A DNA stretch of 44,251 bases from an uncultured Solibacteraceae bacterium (GCA_964355365.1 CAYHEX010000003.1:1-44251); one strand, 5' to 3'; positions 9,511 to 20,474 are shown, counted from the stretch's first letter. Notes: generated by a model from the sequence alone, not told the origin. Translations and numbers: made by a program.

Positions 9511-10185
9511 TTACGCGTCTTCGGGCGCCACGAGTTGGTGGTGCACGGCAAACAGTGCCAGTTCCAGCCGATTCGACACGCCCGTTTTGTCGAACGCGTT
9601 GGTGAGATGACGCTTCACGGTCTCTTCACTGATGCCCAGCCTCGTGGCGATATCGCGATTGGTGCCGCCCTGGACGACCGTGCGGACCACGTCGAGTTCG
9701 CGCGGCGTCAGCCCGAAGGTGTTCTTCGGCGCCGGCGCGGCTTCCGCCATGAGTTCTTTGAGCACGCCCACAAGGTTGATCACCTCGCCGCCGCGCAGCC
9801 AGTAGTGCCCGGCCATGACGGAGCGAATGCTCGCCGTCAGGTCTTCCGCCACGGCCGTCTTCAACACGATGCCGCGCGCGCCCAACTGCAGCGCCTCGAG
9901 CACCTGCTTGCGCTCGATCTCGCTCGTGAGCAGAATCGTGCGCAGATACGACGACGCGTCGGTGAGTTCGCGCAGGGCGTCGAGCCCGGGCATGCGCGGC
10001 ATCGACAGATCGAGCAACAGCACGTCAGGCTTCAGTTGCCCGATCAACTTCACGGCGTCCTCACCGTCCGACGCCTCGCCAACGACCGTCAACCCGGGCT
10101 GTGACGCCAGCAGGTTGCGCACGCCGATGCGCACCACGGGGTGGTCGTCAGCCACGACGATTCGCACCGGTCCGGACGTACTCAT
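9511..10185 (-). CDS. NarL/FixJ family response regulator (REC + LuxR HTH)
   Basis: IVVADDHPVVRIG, LLLDLSMP, LTPRELDVV...TNRDIATRLGISEETVKRHL. Start overlaps the upstream kinase stop by 4 nt. Confidence 0.95.
   Translation of the reverse strand: MSTSGPVRIVVADDHPVVRIGVRNLLASQPGLTVVGEASDGEDAVKLIGQLKPDVLLLDLSMPRMPGLDALRELTDASSYLRTILLTSEIERKQVLEALQLGARGIVLKTAVAEDLTASIRSVMAGHYWLRGGEVINLVGVLKELMAEAAPAPKNTFGLTPRELDVVRTVVQGGTNRDIATRLGISEETVKRHLTNAFDKTGVSNRLELALFAVHHQLVAPEDA
9672..9702 (+). repeat. 31-bp exact direct repeat, copy 2 (inside the NarL gene)
   Basis: Identical to 5581-5611, 4091 bp away. Confidence 0.9.
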
Positions 10186-13169
10186 GTCGACTCCTCGCGC
10201 AACCGCCGCATGACGTGCACGGCGCGCTGAAATTCCTGTCGTAGCTCGTCAATGCGCGCATTCCACGGGAGCGTGTCCCCGTTGGCGACGGCGTGTTCGA
10301 TCGCCGCCGCCAGCGCGCCGCCGCTGTGCACTCCCATCATCTCGCAGCCGCCGCGCAGCGAATGCGATAGCCGCTGCACTTCCGGCCAATTCTCGTCAGC
10401 CACCGCTGCAGCCATTTGATCGAGCAGGCCGACCGAGTGCTCCACGAACACCTGGCACGCATCGTCCCAGCCCTCGCCCATCGCCTCGCGCACGATGACC
10501 AGGCGTGCCCACAGCGTCGCGTCCTCCGGCAGATCGGGCGGCGGCGACACCGCCGGCGCGTCGACGAACGCCGGGACCCAGCGCGCCAGCATGTCGGCCA
10601 CCTCGGCGATGCGCACGGGCTTGGCGAGATAGTCATCCATGCCCGCCATCAGACACCGTTGACGCTCGCCAGACAGGGCATTCGCCGTCATGGCAATGAT
10701 CGGCAGCCGGCGGCCGGGCGCCTCGGCCTGTCGAATGTGCCGCGCGGCGGCGTAGCCATCCATGTGGGGCATCTGACAGTCCATCAGCACGACGTCGTAC
10801 GGCACACGCGTCACCGCCGCCACGGCTTCGGCGCCGTCACCGAGGTAGTCGGCGCGCACGCCCAGCCGCTTGAGCATGGCCAGCGCCACCATTTGATTGG
10901 CCGGGTTGTCTTCCACCACGAGCGCGCGCACCTGCCCGCGTGCGGCATTCACCATGGTGACCGGCGCGAGCCGCTCTGTCCGGGCCCGCTCGACGCTGAC
11001 CGCATCGGCGTGCGCCATGGGCAGGATGACCGTGAACCGGCTGCCCTGCCCGACCACGCTGGCGACGTCGATGGTGCCGCCCATGAGCCGCGCCAGCCGA
11101 TCGCAGATGGCCAGACCGAGTCCCGTGCCGCCATAGCGGCGGCTCATCGAGCTGTCGGCCTGGGAAAAGGGCCGGAACAACCGCGCGAGCACGTCGGGCG
11201 CGATGCCCACGCCCGTGTCCGACACGCGGAACCGGACGCGAACGGTCTGCGCGTCCGCGTCGGCCACATCCACCGCGATGCGCACTTCGCCCTGTTCGGT
11301 GAACTTCACGGCGTTACCCACAAGATTCGTGAGCACCTGCCGCACGCGACCAGGATCCGATACCACCGCGGCCGGCACGGCCGGGTCCACGTCGCCGACG
11401 AGGCGCAGGCCATGAGCCTTCGCCGCCGGACCGAGCAACTCGACGACGTCCTGCACGACATCAGACGGCGCAAAGACGAGCGCCTCGAGTTCCATCTGCC
11501 CGGCCTCGACCTTCGAGAAATCGAGGATGTCGTTGATGATCGTGAGCAGCGACTCGCCGGCCCCGCGAACGGTCTCGGCGAACTCCCGCTGCGTCCTGGA
11601 GAGTGGCGTATCGAGCAGCAGGCCCGTCAGACCGATCACGGAGTTCATCGGCGTCCGGATCTCGTGGCTCATCGTCGCGAGGAAGTCGGACTTGGCCGCG
11701 GCGGCCGCTTCGGCCGCTTCCTTGGCGCGACGCAACGCCTCCTCGGACTCGCGGCGGGCCGTGATGTCGCGGATGAACAAGCTGTAGAGCACCGGCAATC
11801 CGCCCGGCCCGCCGTCACCGTCGCGGCCGCGCGCGCGAGTGACGGGCGAGATCGAGACCTCGACGGGAAACTCGCGGCCGTCGCGATGCACCGCGGACAG
11901 TTCGATGCGCCGACCGAGCATCCGACTCTCGCGGCCGCGTTGGTACCGCTCGAGTCCCTCTTCGTGCGCTCGACGCTGCGCGAGGGGCACGACCAGATCG
12001 CCCAACAGACGCCCGATCGCCTCGGCGGCCGTCCACCCGAACGTGCGTTCCGCCTGCGCGTTCCACGCATGCACGATGCCGCGTCCATCGACGGTCACCA
12101 CGGCGTCGAGGGCCGAGTCGATGATCAGCCGCGTGCGTTCCTCGCTCAGTCGCAGGGCTTCTTCCGAGCGACGACGCTCCAGGAACTGGCTGATCTGGCT
12201 GCGCAGCGAATCCAACACCGCGAGCGACTGTGCATCCAGCGGCGTGGCGTCGGAGCCGAAGATCTCGATGACGCCGGCGACGTTGGGGCTGACACCGCTG
12301 TCGGCCGTCCCCATGATCGGCATGGCGAATCCGCTGCGCAGACCGGCCGTCTTGGCGGCGCTCGCACGCGGGCCGGTCGGGCCCTCGGTGGTGTCGTCGA
12401 CCCAGACCGACTTCCCGGTCGCCCAGACGCGCCCGGGCAATCCTTCCATCGGCGCGAACTGCTGCGTGCGCGTGACCTCGGCGAATCCGGGCGCGGCGCC
12501 GGGCCGCGTCCACGTGTCGACGCAGAACAGCGTGCGCCCTTCGCGCCGGTCCACGCGCCAGACGGCGCCGAAGGCCCCCCCGGCCACGTCGCACAACGCC
12601 TCGACGATCCCGGCCGCGGCGTCTTCGAGCGTCGTGGCCTCGGCGAGCACACGCGTCACGGCAAACTGCGCGGCCAGCGTCTGCAGCGTGCGGCGCTGCT
12701 CAGCGCGCTGCGTGGCGAGCCGGTCGGCCAATTTCGCCACGTCGGCGATCGAGACGTCTTTCGTCTGCAGCACGAACAGGAAGTCGCGATCCGACGGCGA
12801 CAGATCCGAGAGCGTCACGCCGTAGCGCGCCAGATCCGCCTGGCTCGTGATCCAGGGTTTCCCGAGAAAGACGAGCACGTCTTCGCCCGCGCGCAGAAAC
12901 TGGCCGCGCAGCGGCAGACCGGTGGCGATGACGTCGATAAAGGTGCTCGACGTCGCGCGGCGCACAAGTTCGTCGAAATCGAATGGCGTGGCCGGCCGCA
13001 CGATCCGGACGCGGCTCGAGAGCGGTTGCCCCACACGGGCGGTCGGGTCGGCGTTTGCCCAGGCGGGCCCGAGATAGCGAATGGTCAACGAGCGGTCGAA
13101 CGCGACGGTCATGGGACCAATCGCGCCCAATTGTTCGAGACCGAGCGCCAGCTCCGGGACCTGTGTCAC
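10182..13169 (-). CDS. H-NOX-associated hybrid histidine kinase: HNOBA-GAF-PAS-HisKA-HATPase-REC-Hpt
   Basis: N-terminus resembles the sGC HNOBA PAS/coiled coil (FDRSLTI, LRGQF, LVFLGKPW, LARYGVTLSD). GAF with GLPGRVWATG, FixL-like PAS, MSHEIRTPMN, NLVGNAVKFT, GTGLGL, LMDCQMP, Hpt SHSLRGG. GTG start overlaps the H-NOX stop. Confidence 0.92.
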   Translation of the reverse strand: MTQVPELALGLEQLGAIGPMTVAFDRSLTIRYLGPAWANADPTARVGQPLSSRVRIVRPATPFDFDELVRRATSSTFIDVIATGLPLRGQFLRAGEDVLVFLGKPWITSQADLARYGVTLSDLSPSDRDFLFVLQTKDVSIADVAKLADRLATQRAEQRRTLQTLAAQFAVTRVLAEATTLEDAAAGIVEALCDVAGGAFGAVWRVDRREGRTLFCVDTWTRPGAAPGFAEVTRTQQFAPMEGLPGRVWATGKSVWVDDTTEGPTGPRASAAKTAGLRSGFAMPIMGTADSGVSPNVAGVIEIFGSDATPLDAQSLAVLDSLRSQISQFLERRRSEEALRLSEERTRLIIDSALDAVVTVDGRGIVHAWNAQAERTFGWTAAEAIGRLLGDLVVPLAQRRAHEEGLERYQRGRESRMLGRRIELSAVHRDGREFPVEVSISPVTRARGRDGDGGPGGLPVLYSLFIRDITARRESEEALRRAKEAAEAAAAAKSDFLATMSHEIRTPMNSVIGLTGLLLDTPLSRTQREFAETVRGAGESLLTIINDILDFSKVEAGQMELEALVFAPSDVVQDVVELLGPAAKAHGLRLVGDVDPAVPAAVVSDPGRVRQVLTNLVGNAVKFTEQGEVRIAVDVADADAQTVRVRFRVSDTGVGIAPDVLARLFRPFSQADSSMSRRYGGTGLGLAICDRLARLMGGTIDVASVVGQGSRFTVILPMAHADAVSVERARTERLAPVTMVNAARGQVRALVVEDNPANQMVALAMLKRLGVRADYLGDGAEAVAAVTRVPYDVVLMDCQMPHMDGYAAARHIRQAEAPGRRLPIIAMTANALSGERQRCLMAGMDDYLAKPVRIAEVADMLARWVPAFVDAPAVSPPPDLPEDATLWARLVIVREAMGEGWDDACQVFVEHSVGLLDQMAAAVADENWPEVQRLSHSLRGGCEMMGVHSGGALAAAIEHAVANGDTLPWNARIDELRQEFQRAVHVMRRLREEST

Positions 13170-13732
13170 GGGACCGTGGGCGCCGGCGGCTCGAACGTCA
13201 CATCGAACTCGTCATGATCCGCACCGTCATCGCGGCGCACGACGTGCGCCACGGTCACGCGCACGGCGAACATCGTCCCGAGACCGCGGACCAGCCCGAT
13301 CACCATCGGCGAGAGGCCGGGCCGCGTGGACTGGTAATGCAGGCGGAGCCGATCCTCGGCGACGTCCGTGCACCAGAAGGACGGCGGCGCCAGCGCGGGG
13401 AACCCGACCGCAACGTTCGAATGCAGATCGTGGAGATTCAGCATGAATTCACGGAAGGTGCGGCCAGCACGCTGGAAGAGTTCGCCGTAGCCGCGCGACC
13501 CGGTGTAGAGCGTCCAGTATTCGCCGAAGGCTTCGAGCAGTTGATCGGCCGGCAGTTTGAGCGTCTCGCTGGCGGCGGCCACCAGTTGATACGTGACCGC
13601 ATCGGGGTACGACTGCATGCTCAGAAACATCTCGTCGGTCACGCCGGCGCGCTGCTTGATCGTCGTCCAGGCCGCCACCCCGAAGCGCTCCGTAATCAAT
13701 TCTTCCACTGCCTGATTGACCAATCCGTACAT
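13166..13732 (-). CDS. hnoX: H-NOX (heme NO/O2-binding, HNOB) protein
   Basis: MYGLVN start, FGEYW, proximal His in NLHDLH (His104), PPSF proline, YxSxR heme motif (YQSTR). GGAGG upstream of ATG 13732. Confidence 0.95.
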   Translation of the reverse strand: MYGLVNQAVEELITERFGVAAWTTIKQRAGVTDEMFLSMQSYPDAVTYQLVAAASETLKLPADQLLEAFGEYWTLYTGSRGYGELFQRAGRTFREFMLNLHDLHSNVAVGFPALAPPSFWCTDVAEDRLRLHYQSTRPGLSPMVIGLVRGLGTMFAVRVTVAHVVRRDDGADHDEFDVTFEPPAPTVP

Positions 13733-13850
13733 CGGGCCTCCCGGTGCCTCTTGCCCCTTCACTCTATCGTGCGGCGCCGCGGCAATCATCCCACCTTTGC
13801 GGCCGCGTCGGAGGTTGCCGCCTGAGTCAGGGCGCGATAACGTGACACTC

Positions 13851-15314
13851 GTGTCTGCCGCTGCGAATCAGGATCCGGCCCACCGCCTCGCGGTCCTGAT
13901 CGGCAGTTTTCAGGAAGCCTTGCTGCTCGAAGACGAGCGGCGCCACATTGAAATCGTCAATCAGGCGTTCTGCGATCTGTTCGGGATTCCCGCGCCACCG
14001 GCGGCGCTGATTGGCGCCGACTGCTCACAAGCCGCCGAACACAGCGCGCCGCTCTTTGCCGACCCGGCCGGATTTGTGCGGCGCGTTTCGGACCTGCTGG
14101 GCGCCCAGACGCCGGTCACCGGCGAAGTCATCACGATGGCCGACGGCCGCGTGCTGGAACGCGACTACATCCCGATCTTCGTCGACGACGACTACCGCGG
14201 CCATCTCTGGAAGTATCGCGACATCAGCGCACGCGTGCGCGAGACCGAGCGGCAGCGCGCCGAGGCGCGGTGGATGGAGATGGTCATCGACGGCATGATG
14301 GAAGGCCTGCTGATGGTGCAGCAGGCCGACGGCATCATCGCGTTCGTCAATCCGGTCGCCGAGCGGCTGTTTGGCTTCGGCCCGGGAGAAATGGCGGGCC
14401 ATCATGTCCGCGAGCTGGTCGGCGGCGCCGCGCACGAGGATCCGGAGTTCCTCATGCGCGCCTACGATCAGGCCATCGGGACCACCACCGAATGGGTCGC
14501 GCGACGTCGCGATGGCACCGAGTTTCCGATGGAGCTCCAGCTCACCGAATTCGATCCGGGCAGCGGCCAGCTGTTTGTCGGCTTCATCCGAGATATCTCG
14601 GAACGGCAGGCCGTCGATCGCCTGAAGAAAGAATTCGTGTCCACGGTGAGCCACGAACTCCGCACGCCGCTGACCTCGATTCGCGCGTCGCTCGGCCTGC
14701 TCGACGGCGGCGTGACCGGGCCGCTCAACCCGGATGCCCGCGAACTGGTGAGTGTCGCCAATCGCAGCGTGATCCGGCTGATCGGGCTGATCAACGACAT
14801 CCTCGACTTCGAGCGCGCAGACAGCTCGATCGGCCTCTCGCTCGTGTGCGCCGCGGTCGATCTGGACAAGGTCATCGCCCACGCCGCTGACAGCATGTCC
14901 GGACTGGCCGGCGAGCACGGCGTCGAGCTCGACATCCACGGTGGCGGCCTCGTGGTGATCGCGGATGCCGCGCGCATCGAGCAGGTGGTCGTCAATCTGA
15001 TCTCCAACGCCGTGAAGTTCTCTCCGATGGGGACGACCGTGACGGTGCGCTCGGTCGCGCATGGGCGCACGGCCCGCGTGGAAGTGCTCGACCGCGGCAC
15101 GGGCGTGCCCGATGCGTTCCGCGCCGTCATCTTTGAGCCGTTTCGTCAGGCAACCAGCGCCGACAACCGCGACCGTGGAGGCACGGGCCTGGGGCTGACG
15201 ATCTCGCGGGCCATCGTGCGCCGGCACGGTGGCGAGATCGGGATGCAGGACCGCGACGGCGGCGGCTCGATCTTCTGGTTTACCGTTCCGATCGTGACGG
15301 AGCCGCCCGCGTGA
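13851..15314 (+). CDS. Cytoplasmic PAS-PAS histidine kinase
   Basis: PAS1 VNQAFCDLFGIP...GADC...LERDYIPI, PAS2 ending DGTEFPMEL, VSHELRTPLT, NLISNAVKFS, GTGLGL. Divergent from hnoX. Start uncertain (GTG 13842 or 13851). Confidence 0.9.
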   Translation: MSAAANQDPAHRLAVLIGSFQEALLLEDERRHIEIVNQAFCDLFGIPAPPAALIGADCSQAAEHSAPLFADPAGFVRRVSDLLGAQTPVTGEVITMADGRVLERDYIPIFVDDDYRGHLWKYRDISARVRETERQRAEARWMEMVIDGMMEGLLMVQQADGIIAFVNPVAERLFGFGPGEMAGHHVRELVGGAAHEDPEFLMRAYDQAIGTTTEWVARRRDGTEFPMELQLTEFDPGSGQLFVGFIRDISERQAVDRLKKEFVSTVSHELRTPLTSIRASLGLLDGGVTGPLNPDARELVSVANRSVIRLIGLINDILDFERADSSIGLSLVCAAVDLDKVIAHAADSMSGLAGEHGVELDIHGGGLVVIADAARIEQVVVNLISNAVKFSPMGTTVTVRSVAHGRTARVEVLDRGTGVPDAFRAVIFEPFRQATSADNRDRGGTGLGLTISRAIVRRHGGEIGMQDRDGGGSIFWFTVPIVTEPPA

Positions 15315-15700
15315 AGATTCTCGTGATCGATGATGACGATTTTGTGCGGATGCTGACGCGGGTCAGCCTGTCGAAGGTTGGCGGCATGGACGTCACCGAG
15401 GCCAGCAGCGGCCCCGAAGGTCTGGTGGCGGCTGCGCAGAATCGGCCCGACGTCATTCTGCTCGACGTCATGATGCCCGGCATGGACGGTCCCGCGACCT
15501 TCAACGCGCTCCAGGCGACGACGTCCACCGCGGGGATTCCCGTGATCTTCCTCACGGCCAAGGCGATGCCCAGCGAGCAGGCGCGTCTGTCGGAACTCGG
15601 CGCCATCGCCGTCTTCACCAAGCCGTTCGACCCGCTCACGCTGGCCACGGAGGTGCGGCGCGCCGTGGATGCCCCTCGCAAACTGCCCGATCCGTCCTAG
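15311..15700 (+). CDS. Single-domain response regulator (REC)
   Basis: KILVIDDD, LLDVMMP, FLTA, TKPF. GTGA overlap with the upstream kinase. Confidence 0.93.
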   Translation: MKILVIDDDDFVRMLTRVSLSKVGGMDVTEASSGPEGLVAAAQNRPDVILLDVMMPGMDGPATFNALQATTSTAGIPVIFLTAKAMPSEQARLSELGAIAVFTKPFDPLTLATEVRRAVDAPRKLPDPS

Positions 15701-15759
15701 CGAAACGCCTGAGCATGGCCTCGGAGCCCGGCTGGTAGTGTGCCTACAGGCTTTGCTCC

Positions 15760-18700
15760 GTGGCCGTCCACCATTTCGTCTCCTCTGTTTTCGAAGACAG
15801 CCCCGCCGGCATTCGACGGATGGTGCTGCTGCTCTACGCCGCGGTGTTGCCGCCGTTCACGCTGTTGCTGGTGTTCACCGCGGCCCCATCGCAGCGCCTG
15901 ACCGCGAGTGCGACGGTCCTCGCTCTCTGCGGGTCCGCTGCTGCCTGGGTGTGGTCGAACCGCCGGACCATGACCAACGGGTGGATCTTCCCCGTCGGGG
16001 TCGTGCCCGTCGTCTCCTGCGGGATTGCGTACTGGGCGACCAACGATCCCGCCTTCCTCGCCATCAGCACGGCGCCGATGGTCTGGGCCGCCATCCTGTT
16101 TACGCCCCGCGTGACCGCCATTGCCTGGGGCGTCGGGGCCATCGTCTGCCTGATCGCCACCGCGCCGAGCGGCGGCTGGATCCACGGCCTGACGAATGCC
16201 CTCGTCTTTGCGGTCGTCGAAGGCTTGGTGGTCTGGGTCGTTGCCGGAACAGCCCTGAAACGTGAGGCCGCGCGCCTGCGGGTGCTCGCGCGCCATCTCA
16301 ACGACATTCAGCTGGTGTTGACGCTGGACGGGCAGATCGTCGATGCGAATGATCGCGCCGTGGAGGCCTACGACTACACACGCGACGAACTGCTGTCGCT
16401 CAACATTCGGGACATTCGTCGCGACGACCCGGAGTACTCGCGCACGCAGATGCGCGAGTTGGCCACGACCGGCGCGCTGACGTGCGACTCGGTCCATTGC
16501 CGGCACGACGGCTCACGGTTCCCCGTCGAAGTCAGCGCGCGCGTGTATCAAGAGGATGGCCAACCGCGCGTCCTGAGTCTGATCCGCGACATCAGCGAGC
16601 GGAAACGCGCGGAGGACACGCTGCAGGCGGCGCACGCGCACGCGCAAAGTCTGCTCGCCACCGCGACCGACGGCATCCACATCGTGCGCCTCGACGGCAC
16701 GCTCGTTGAAGCCAGCCCGTCCTTTTACCAGATGCTGGGCTACGCGCCCAATGATCCGCGGCTGCAGACAGCCTCGGACTGGGCCCATCAGTGGACGTCC
16801 GCGGAACAGCAGCACATGGTGGAGCGGCTGCGACTGGGTCCCCTGGTGTTTGAATCGCAGCACCGCAGACGAGACGGGCAGCTCATCGACGTGGAGATCA
16901 ACGCGCGCATCATGGAAAGCGCCGGCCAGATCTACTTCTACGCCTCGTCGCGCGACATCACGGAGCGCGCACTCGCGCAGAAGGCGCTGGCCGAAGCGCA
17001 CGAGCGGTTCGAGAAGCTCTTCCGGAACAACCCCTCGTCGATCGCCCTGCAGGCGTTGCCCGACCAGACCTTCTTCGACGTCAACGACGCCTTCTTGACG
17101 CATACCGGCTTCACGCGCGACGAAGTGATCGGCCGAACCGTCGCCGACCTCGGCGTCTTCCCCAACGTCGAGCAACAGGGGCCGCTCGCCGAGATGCTTG
17201 CCGGGTCCGGCCGCGTCACCAACGCCGAGCTGCAGCTGCGTCGCAAAGATGGCCGCGTGATCGACGGGCTCTTCTATGGCGAGATCGTCACGATTGGCGA
17301 GGCGCAGTATTTCCTGACGGTGATGCTCGAGATTTCCGCACAGAAACGCGCGGAATCCGAACTCCGCGAGGCCAACCGTGTGCTGGAGGTTGCCACCACA
17401 CACGCCAGAGAGATGGCCGCGCGCGCGGAGATCGCGACCAAAGCCAAGAGTGAGTTTCTGGCAAATATGAGCCACGAACTGCGCACGCCGATGAACGGCA
17501 TCATCGGCATGGCCTGGCTGCTCGAAGACACCGCGCTCACCGACGACCAGCGTCGTTACGTCGAGATCGTCCGCGCCAGCGGCGAATCGCTCTTGAGCGT
17601 GGTCAACGACATCCTCGATTTCTCGAAGATCGAGGCGGGCAAACTCTCGCTCGAGAACCTCGACTTCGATCTGGGCACGCTCCTCGACGATCTGGCGTCG
17701 ATGATGGCCGCGCGCGCGAACGAAAAAGGACTCGCGCTCACCTGCACGGCCGACGCCGACGTGCCGCTGCACCTCAGCGGCGATCCGGGACGACTGCGTC
17801 AGATCCTGCTGAACCTGGCCGGCAACGCCGTCAAGTTCACGGCGGCCGGGTCGGTGCACGTGCGCGCCTCAGTGAGCGCGGCCGACGCGGACCGGGTCAC
17901 GCTGCGCTTTGCCGTGAACGACACCGGCATCGGCATCCCCGCGGACAAAGTGGGCCTGCTCTTCACGATGTTCAGCCAGATCGACTCGTCCACGTCGCGG
18001 CAATTCGGCGGCACCGGTCTGGGACTCGCCATCTGCAAGCAACTCTCGGGGTTGATGGGCGGAGAGATCGGGGTCACCAGCGACGAGGGCCACGGGTCGG
18101 AGTTCTGGTTCACGGCGACGTTCAGCCGAGGCGCGAACAACTGGAAACCGGTTCGGCGAACGGAGGCACGTGCCACGGTCCACGACGCGCTGGACCAATT
18201 GGCGGGACGCCACGCGCGCATCCTGCTGGCCGAAGACAACATCACGAACCGCAAGGTCGCGCTGAGCCTGCTCCAGCGCATGGGACTCACCGCCGATTCG
18301 GTGGACAACGGAGCCGCGGCCATCGACGCGGTCGCCGAAACCCCTTACGATATCGTCCTGATGGACCTGCAGATGCCGGGCGTCAACGGCTTCGAAGCCA
18401 CACGGGCGATCCGTGAATCTGCGGGCCTCAACGCCGCCGTGCCGATCATCGCGATGACCGCGCACGCCATGCGCGGCGACCGCGAGCGTTGTTTGGCGTC
18501 GGGTATGAGCGACTACATCTCGAAGCCGGTGTCGCCGCAATCGCTCGCGGCCGTGCTGGACCGATGGATCCCGGAGGCAGTGACCGTGCTATTCGACAAA
18601 GCCACGATGATGGAGCGGCTCTCAGACGACGCCGATGCGGCGCGTGAAGTCGCGACGTCATTTCTCGATGACATCCCGCAGCGACTGACGGCACTCACCG

Positions 18701-18921
18701 AGGCGCTGACCGCCGGTGACGCGGCCGGCGCGCGTCGACAGGCGCACTCGATCAAGGGCGCGTCGTCGGACGTGGGCGGCGATGCGCTGCACGACGTCGC
18801 CGCCGAGATGGAACACGCCGCGGCCGCGGGCGACCTCGACGCCGTGCGCGCGCAGATGGACACGCTCAACGACCAGTTTCAGGCACTGCGCATCGCGCTG
18901 CGCCGCGAGCTATTTGACTGA
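15760..18921 (+). CDS. Membrane hybrid histidine kinase: multi-TM-3xPAS-HisKA-HATPase-REC-Hpt
   Basis: About 6 N-terminal hydrophobic helices, three PAS domains, [33 protein letters not shown], Hpt AHSIKGA. Confidence 0.93.
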   Translation: MAVHHFVSSVFEDSPAGIRRMVLLLYAAVLPPFTLLLVFTAAPSQRLTASATVLALCGSAAAWVWSNRRTMTNGWIFPVGVVPVVSCGIAYWATNDPAFLAISTAPMVWAAILFTPRVTAIAWGVGAIVCLIATAPSGGWIHGLTNALVFAVVEGLVVWVVAGTALKREAARLRVLARHLNDIQLVLTLDGQIVDANDRAVEAYDYTRDELLSLNIRDIRRDDPEYSRTQMRELATTGALTCDSVHCRHDGSRFPVEVSARVYQEDGQPRVLSLIRDISERKRAEDTLQAAHAHAQSLLATATDGIHIVRLDGTLVEASPSFYQMLGYAPNDPRLQTASDWAHQWTSAEQQHMVERLRLGPLVFESQHRRRDGQLIDVEINARIMESAGQIYFYASSRDITERALAQKALAEAHERFEKLFRNNPSSIALQALPDQTFFDVNDAFLTHTGFTRDEVIGRTVADLGVFPNVEQQGPLAEMLAGSGRVTNAELQLRRKDGRVIDGLFYGEIVTIGEAQYFLTVMLEISAQKRAESELREANRVLEVATTHAREMAARAEIATKAKSEFLANMSHELRTPMNGIIGMAWLLEDTALTDDQRRYVEIVRASGESLLSVVNDILDFSKIEAGKLSLENLDFDLGTLLDDLASMMAARANEKGLALTCTADADVPLHLSGDPGRLRQILLNLAGNAVKFTAAGSVHVRASVSAADADRVTLRFAVNDTGIGIPADKVGLLFTMFSQIDSSTSRQFGGTGLGLAICKQLSGLMGGEIGVTSDEGHGSEFWFTATFSRGANNWKPVRRTEARATVHDALDQLAGRHARILLAEDNITNRKVALSLLQRMGLTADSVDNGAAAIDAVAETPYDIVLMDLQMPGVNGFEATRAIRESAGLNAAVPIIAMTAHAMRGDRERCLASGMSDYISKPVSPQSLAAVLDRWIPEAVTVLFDKATMMERLSDDADAAREVATSFLDDIPQRLTALTEALTAGDAAGARRQAHSIKGASSDVGGDALHDVAAEMEHAAAAGDLDAVRAQMDTLNDQFQALRIALRRELFD

Positions 18922-19317
18922 CGACGGCTGCAACTGTTCGAGTGCGGCGCTGACGCGCGCCCGCAGTTCTTTGAACGAGAACGGCCGCGATAGATAGTCG
19001 CTCGCGCCCGCACCGATACAGCGTTGGCGGTCGCCCGGCATGGCCAGGGCCGTGGCGGCCAGCACCCATGCCTGCGACACGCGCGCGTCGTGGTGCGCGC
19101 GCAGACGGCGCAGCACCTCCAGGCCGTCCACGCCCGGCATCTGAATGTCCAGCACGATCACGTCCGGATGGTGCTGCTCGGTCAGGATCAGCGCCTCCAG
19201 CCCGCCGGACGCCTCGAGCACGTGCCAGCCCTGCCCGCCCATGCCGAGCACCGCCAGTTGACGATTGCGCTCGTCATCGTCGACGACGAGGATCGTGGGC
19301 ACGCGTGCATCAGCCAT
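18910..19317 (-). CDS. Single-domain response regulator (DivK-like REC)
   Basis: ILVVDDD, VLDIQMP, TALAMPGDRQRC. The conserved KP is RP here (LSRPF). Confidence 0.9.
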   Translation of the reverse strand: MADARVPTILVVDDDERNRQLAVLGMGGQGWHVLEASGGLEALILTEQHHPDVIVLDIQMPGVDGLEVLRRLRAHHDARVSQAWVLAATALAMPGDRQRCIGAGASDYLSRPFSFKELRARVSAALEQLQPSSVK

Positions 19318-20464
19318 GGGCCGACTCCGTGTCCGCCGACAACGAACGCACCGGCAGCGTCACCGTAAAACGCGAGCCCTCGCCCAGCGTGCTCTCGGCC
19401 CGCGCGGTGCCGCCGTGAAGCTCCGCGAGCTCGCGCACGAGGAACAAGCCGAGCCCGGTCCCATGGTGGCTCCGAGCCAGCGATCCGTCGACCTGATGGA
19501 ACATCTGAAAGAGACCGCCGAGTTTGTCGGCGGGAATACCGCAACCGCTGTCGTCCACCGCGATACAGATCTGGTCGCCCTCACGCCGGATCTCCACGCT
19601 GACGCGGCCGTACGGCGGTGTGAACTCCACGGCATTGGTCAACAGGTTGACGACGATCTGCAGCACGCGGCGCTCGTCGGCGACAAAGACGAGCGTGGCC
19701 GGGTGCACGCCCGAGCTCAGCGTGATGTGCCGCTCGTCGGCCCGCTGCAACACGATCATGACGGCGGACGCGAGCAGCGACGCCGCGGACACCTCGCTCG
19801 GCCGCAGCTCGAAGCCTGTGGTCACCGCGGTCGAGACGTCCAGCAGGTCGTCGATCAGGCGGCGGAGATGCTGCCCGCTGTGCACGAGCGTGGCGAACGT
19901 GGCGCGGAGCGACGGATCGTCGCCAACGGGCAACGCGTCTCCCAGCAGTTCGGTCGCCCCCTGGATCGCGTGCAACGGCGATCGCAGTTCGTGCGACACA
20001 CGCGCCAGAAATTCGTCCTTCAACCGCCCGATGCGCCGCAGTTCCGCGATCGCGTCGTCCAGATTGGCGGCGACCTTCGACATCTCGGCGCGCTGCCGGA
20101 ACACGTCGCTCACATCGCGGCAACAGCAGACCATGTGACCGTCGGCCACCGACAGGCTGATCCAGTACCGCGAATGACGGCCGTCTTTGAAGCGACCGTA
20201 CGATTCGCCGGACCAGTGCCCCTGCGCGGCGAGCGCGGGGAACGCCGTGCTTTCGAAGCCCCGCTGTTGTGCCTCGTCATAGAGCCGTTTCCACGAACAC
20301 CCGATCAACTCACCCGGTTCGTAACCGTACATCCGGGCATGGATGGCGTTCATGTAGACGTACTCGCCGGCCGCGTCGAGAATCGCCAGCCCTTCGGTCA
20401 TCGAATCCAGCGCCCGAAAGCCGATATTCAAGCTCAGTGCTTCCCGTCTCTGGGTCGGCATCAT
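19310..20464 (-). CDS. PAS-HisKA-HATPase histidine kinase
   Basis: PAS (MNAIHARMYGYEPGELIGCSW), VSHELRSPLH, NLLTNAVEFT, DSGCGI, GTGLGL. ATG 20464 inferred. Confidence 0.9.
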   Translation of the reverse strand: MMPTQRREALSLNIGFRALDSMTEGLAILDAAGEYVYMNAIHARMYGYEPGELIGCSWKRLYDEAQQRGFESTAFPALAAQGHWSGESYGRFKDGRHSRYWISLSVADGHMVCCCRDVSDVFRQRAEMSKVAANLDDAIAELRRIGRLKDEFLARVSHELRSPLHAIQGATELLGDALPVGDDPSLRATFATLVHSGQHLRRLIDDLLDVSTAVTTGFELRPSEVSAASLLASAVMIVLQRADERHITLSSGVHPATLVFVADERRVLQIVVNLLTNAVEFTPPYGRVSVEIRREGDQICIAVDDSGCGIPADKLGGLFQMFHQVDGSLARSHHGTGLGLFLVRELAELHGGTARAESTLGEGSRFTVTLPVRSLSADTESAHG

Positions 20465-20474
20465 GTGTTCCTCG

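Noticed and set aside
10416-13217. 933-aa plus-strand ORF and many similar long antisense or off-frame ORFs across the window
   Set aside because: Shadow ORFs of high-GC genes: Arg/Ala/Gly-rich, no motifs, overlapping well-supported CDSs.
10182-13732. Bacterial soluble guanylate cyclase
   Set aside because: HNOBA is followed by kinase domains; no cyclase domain is present in the window.
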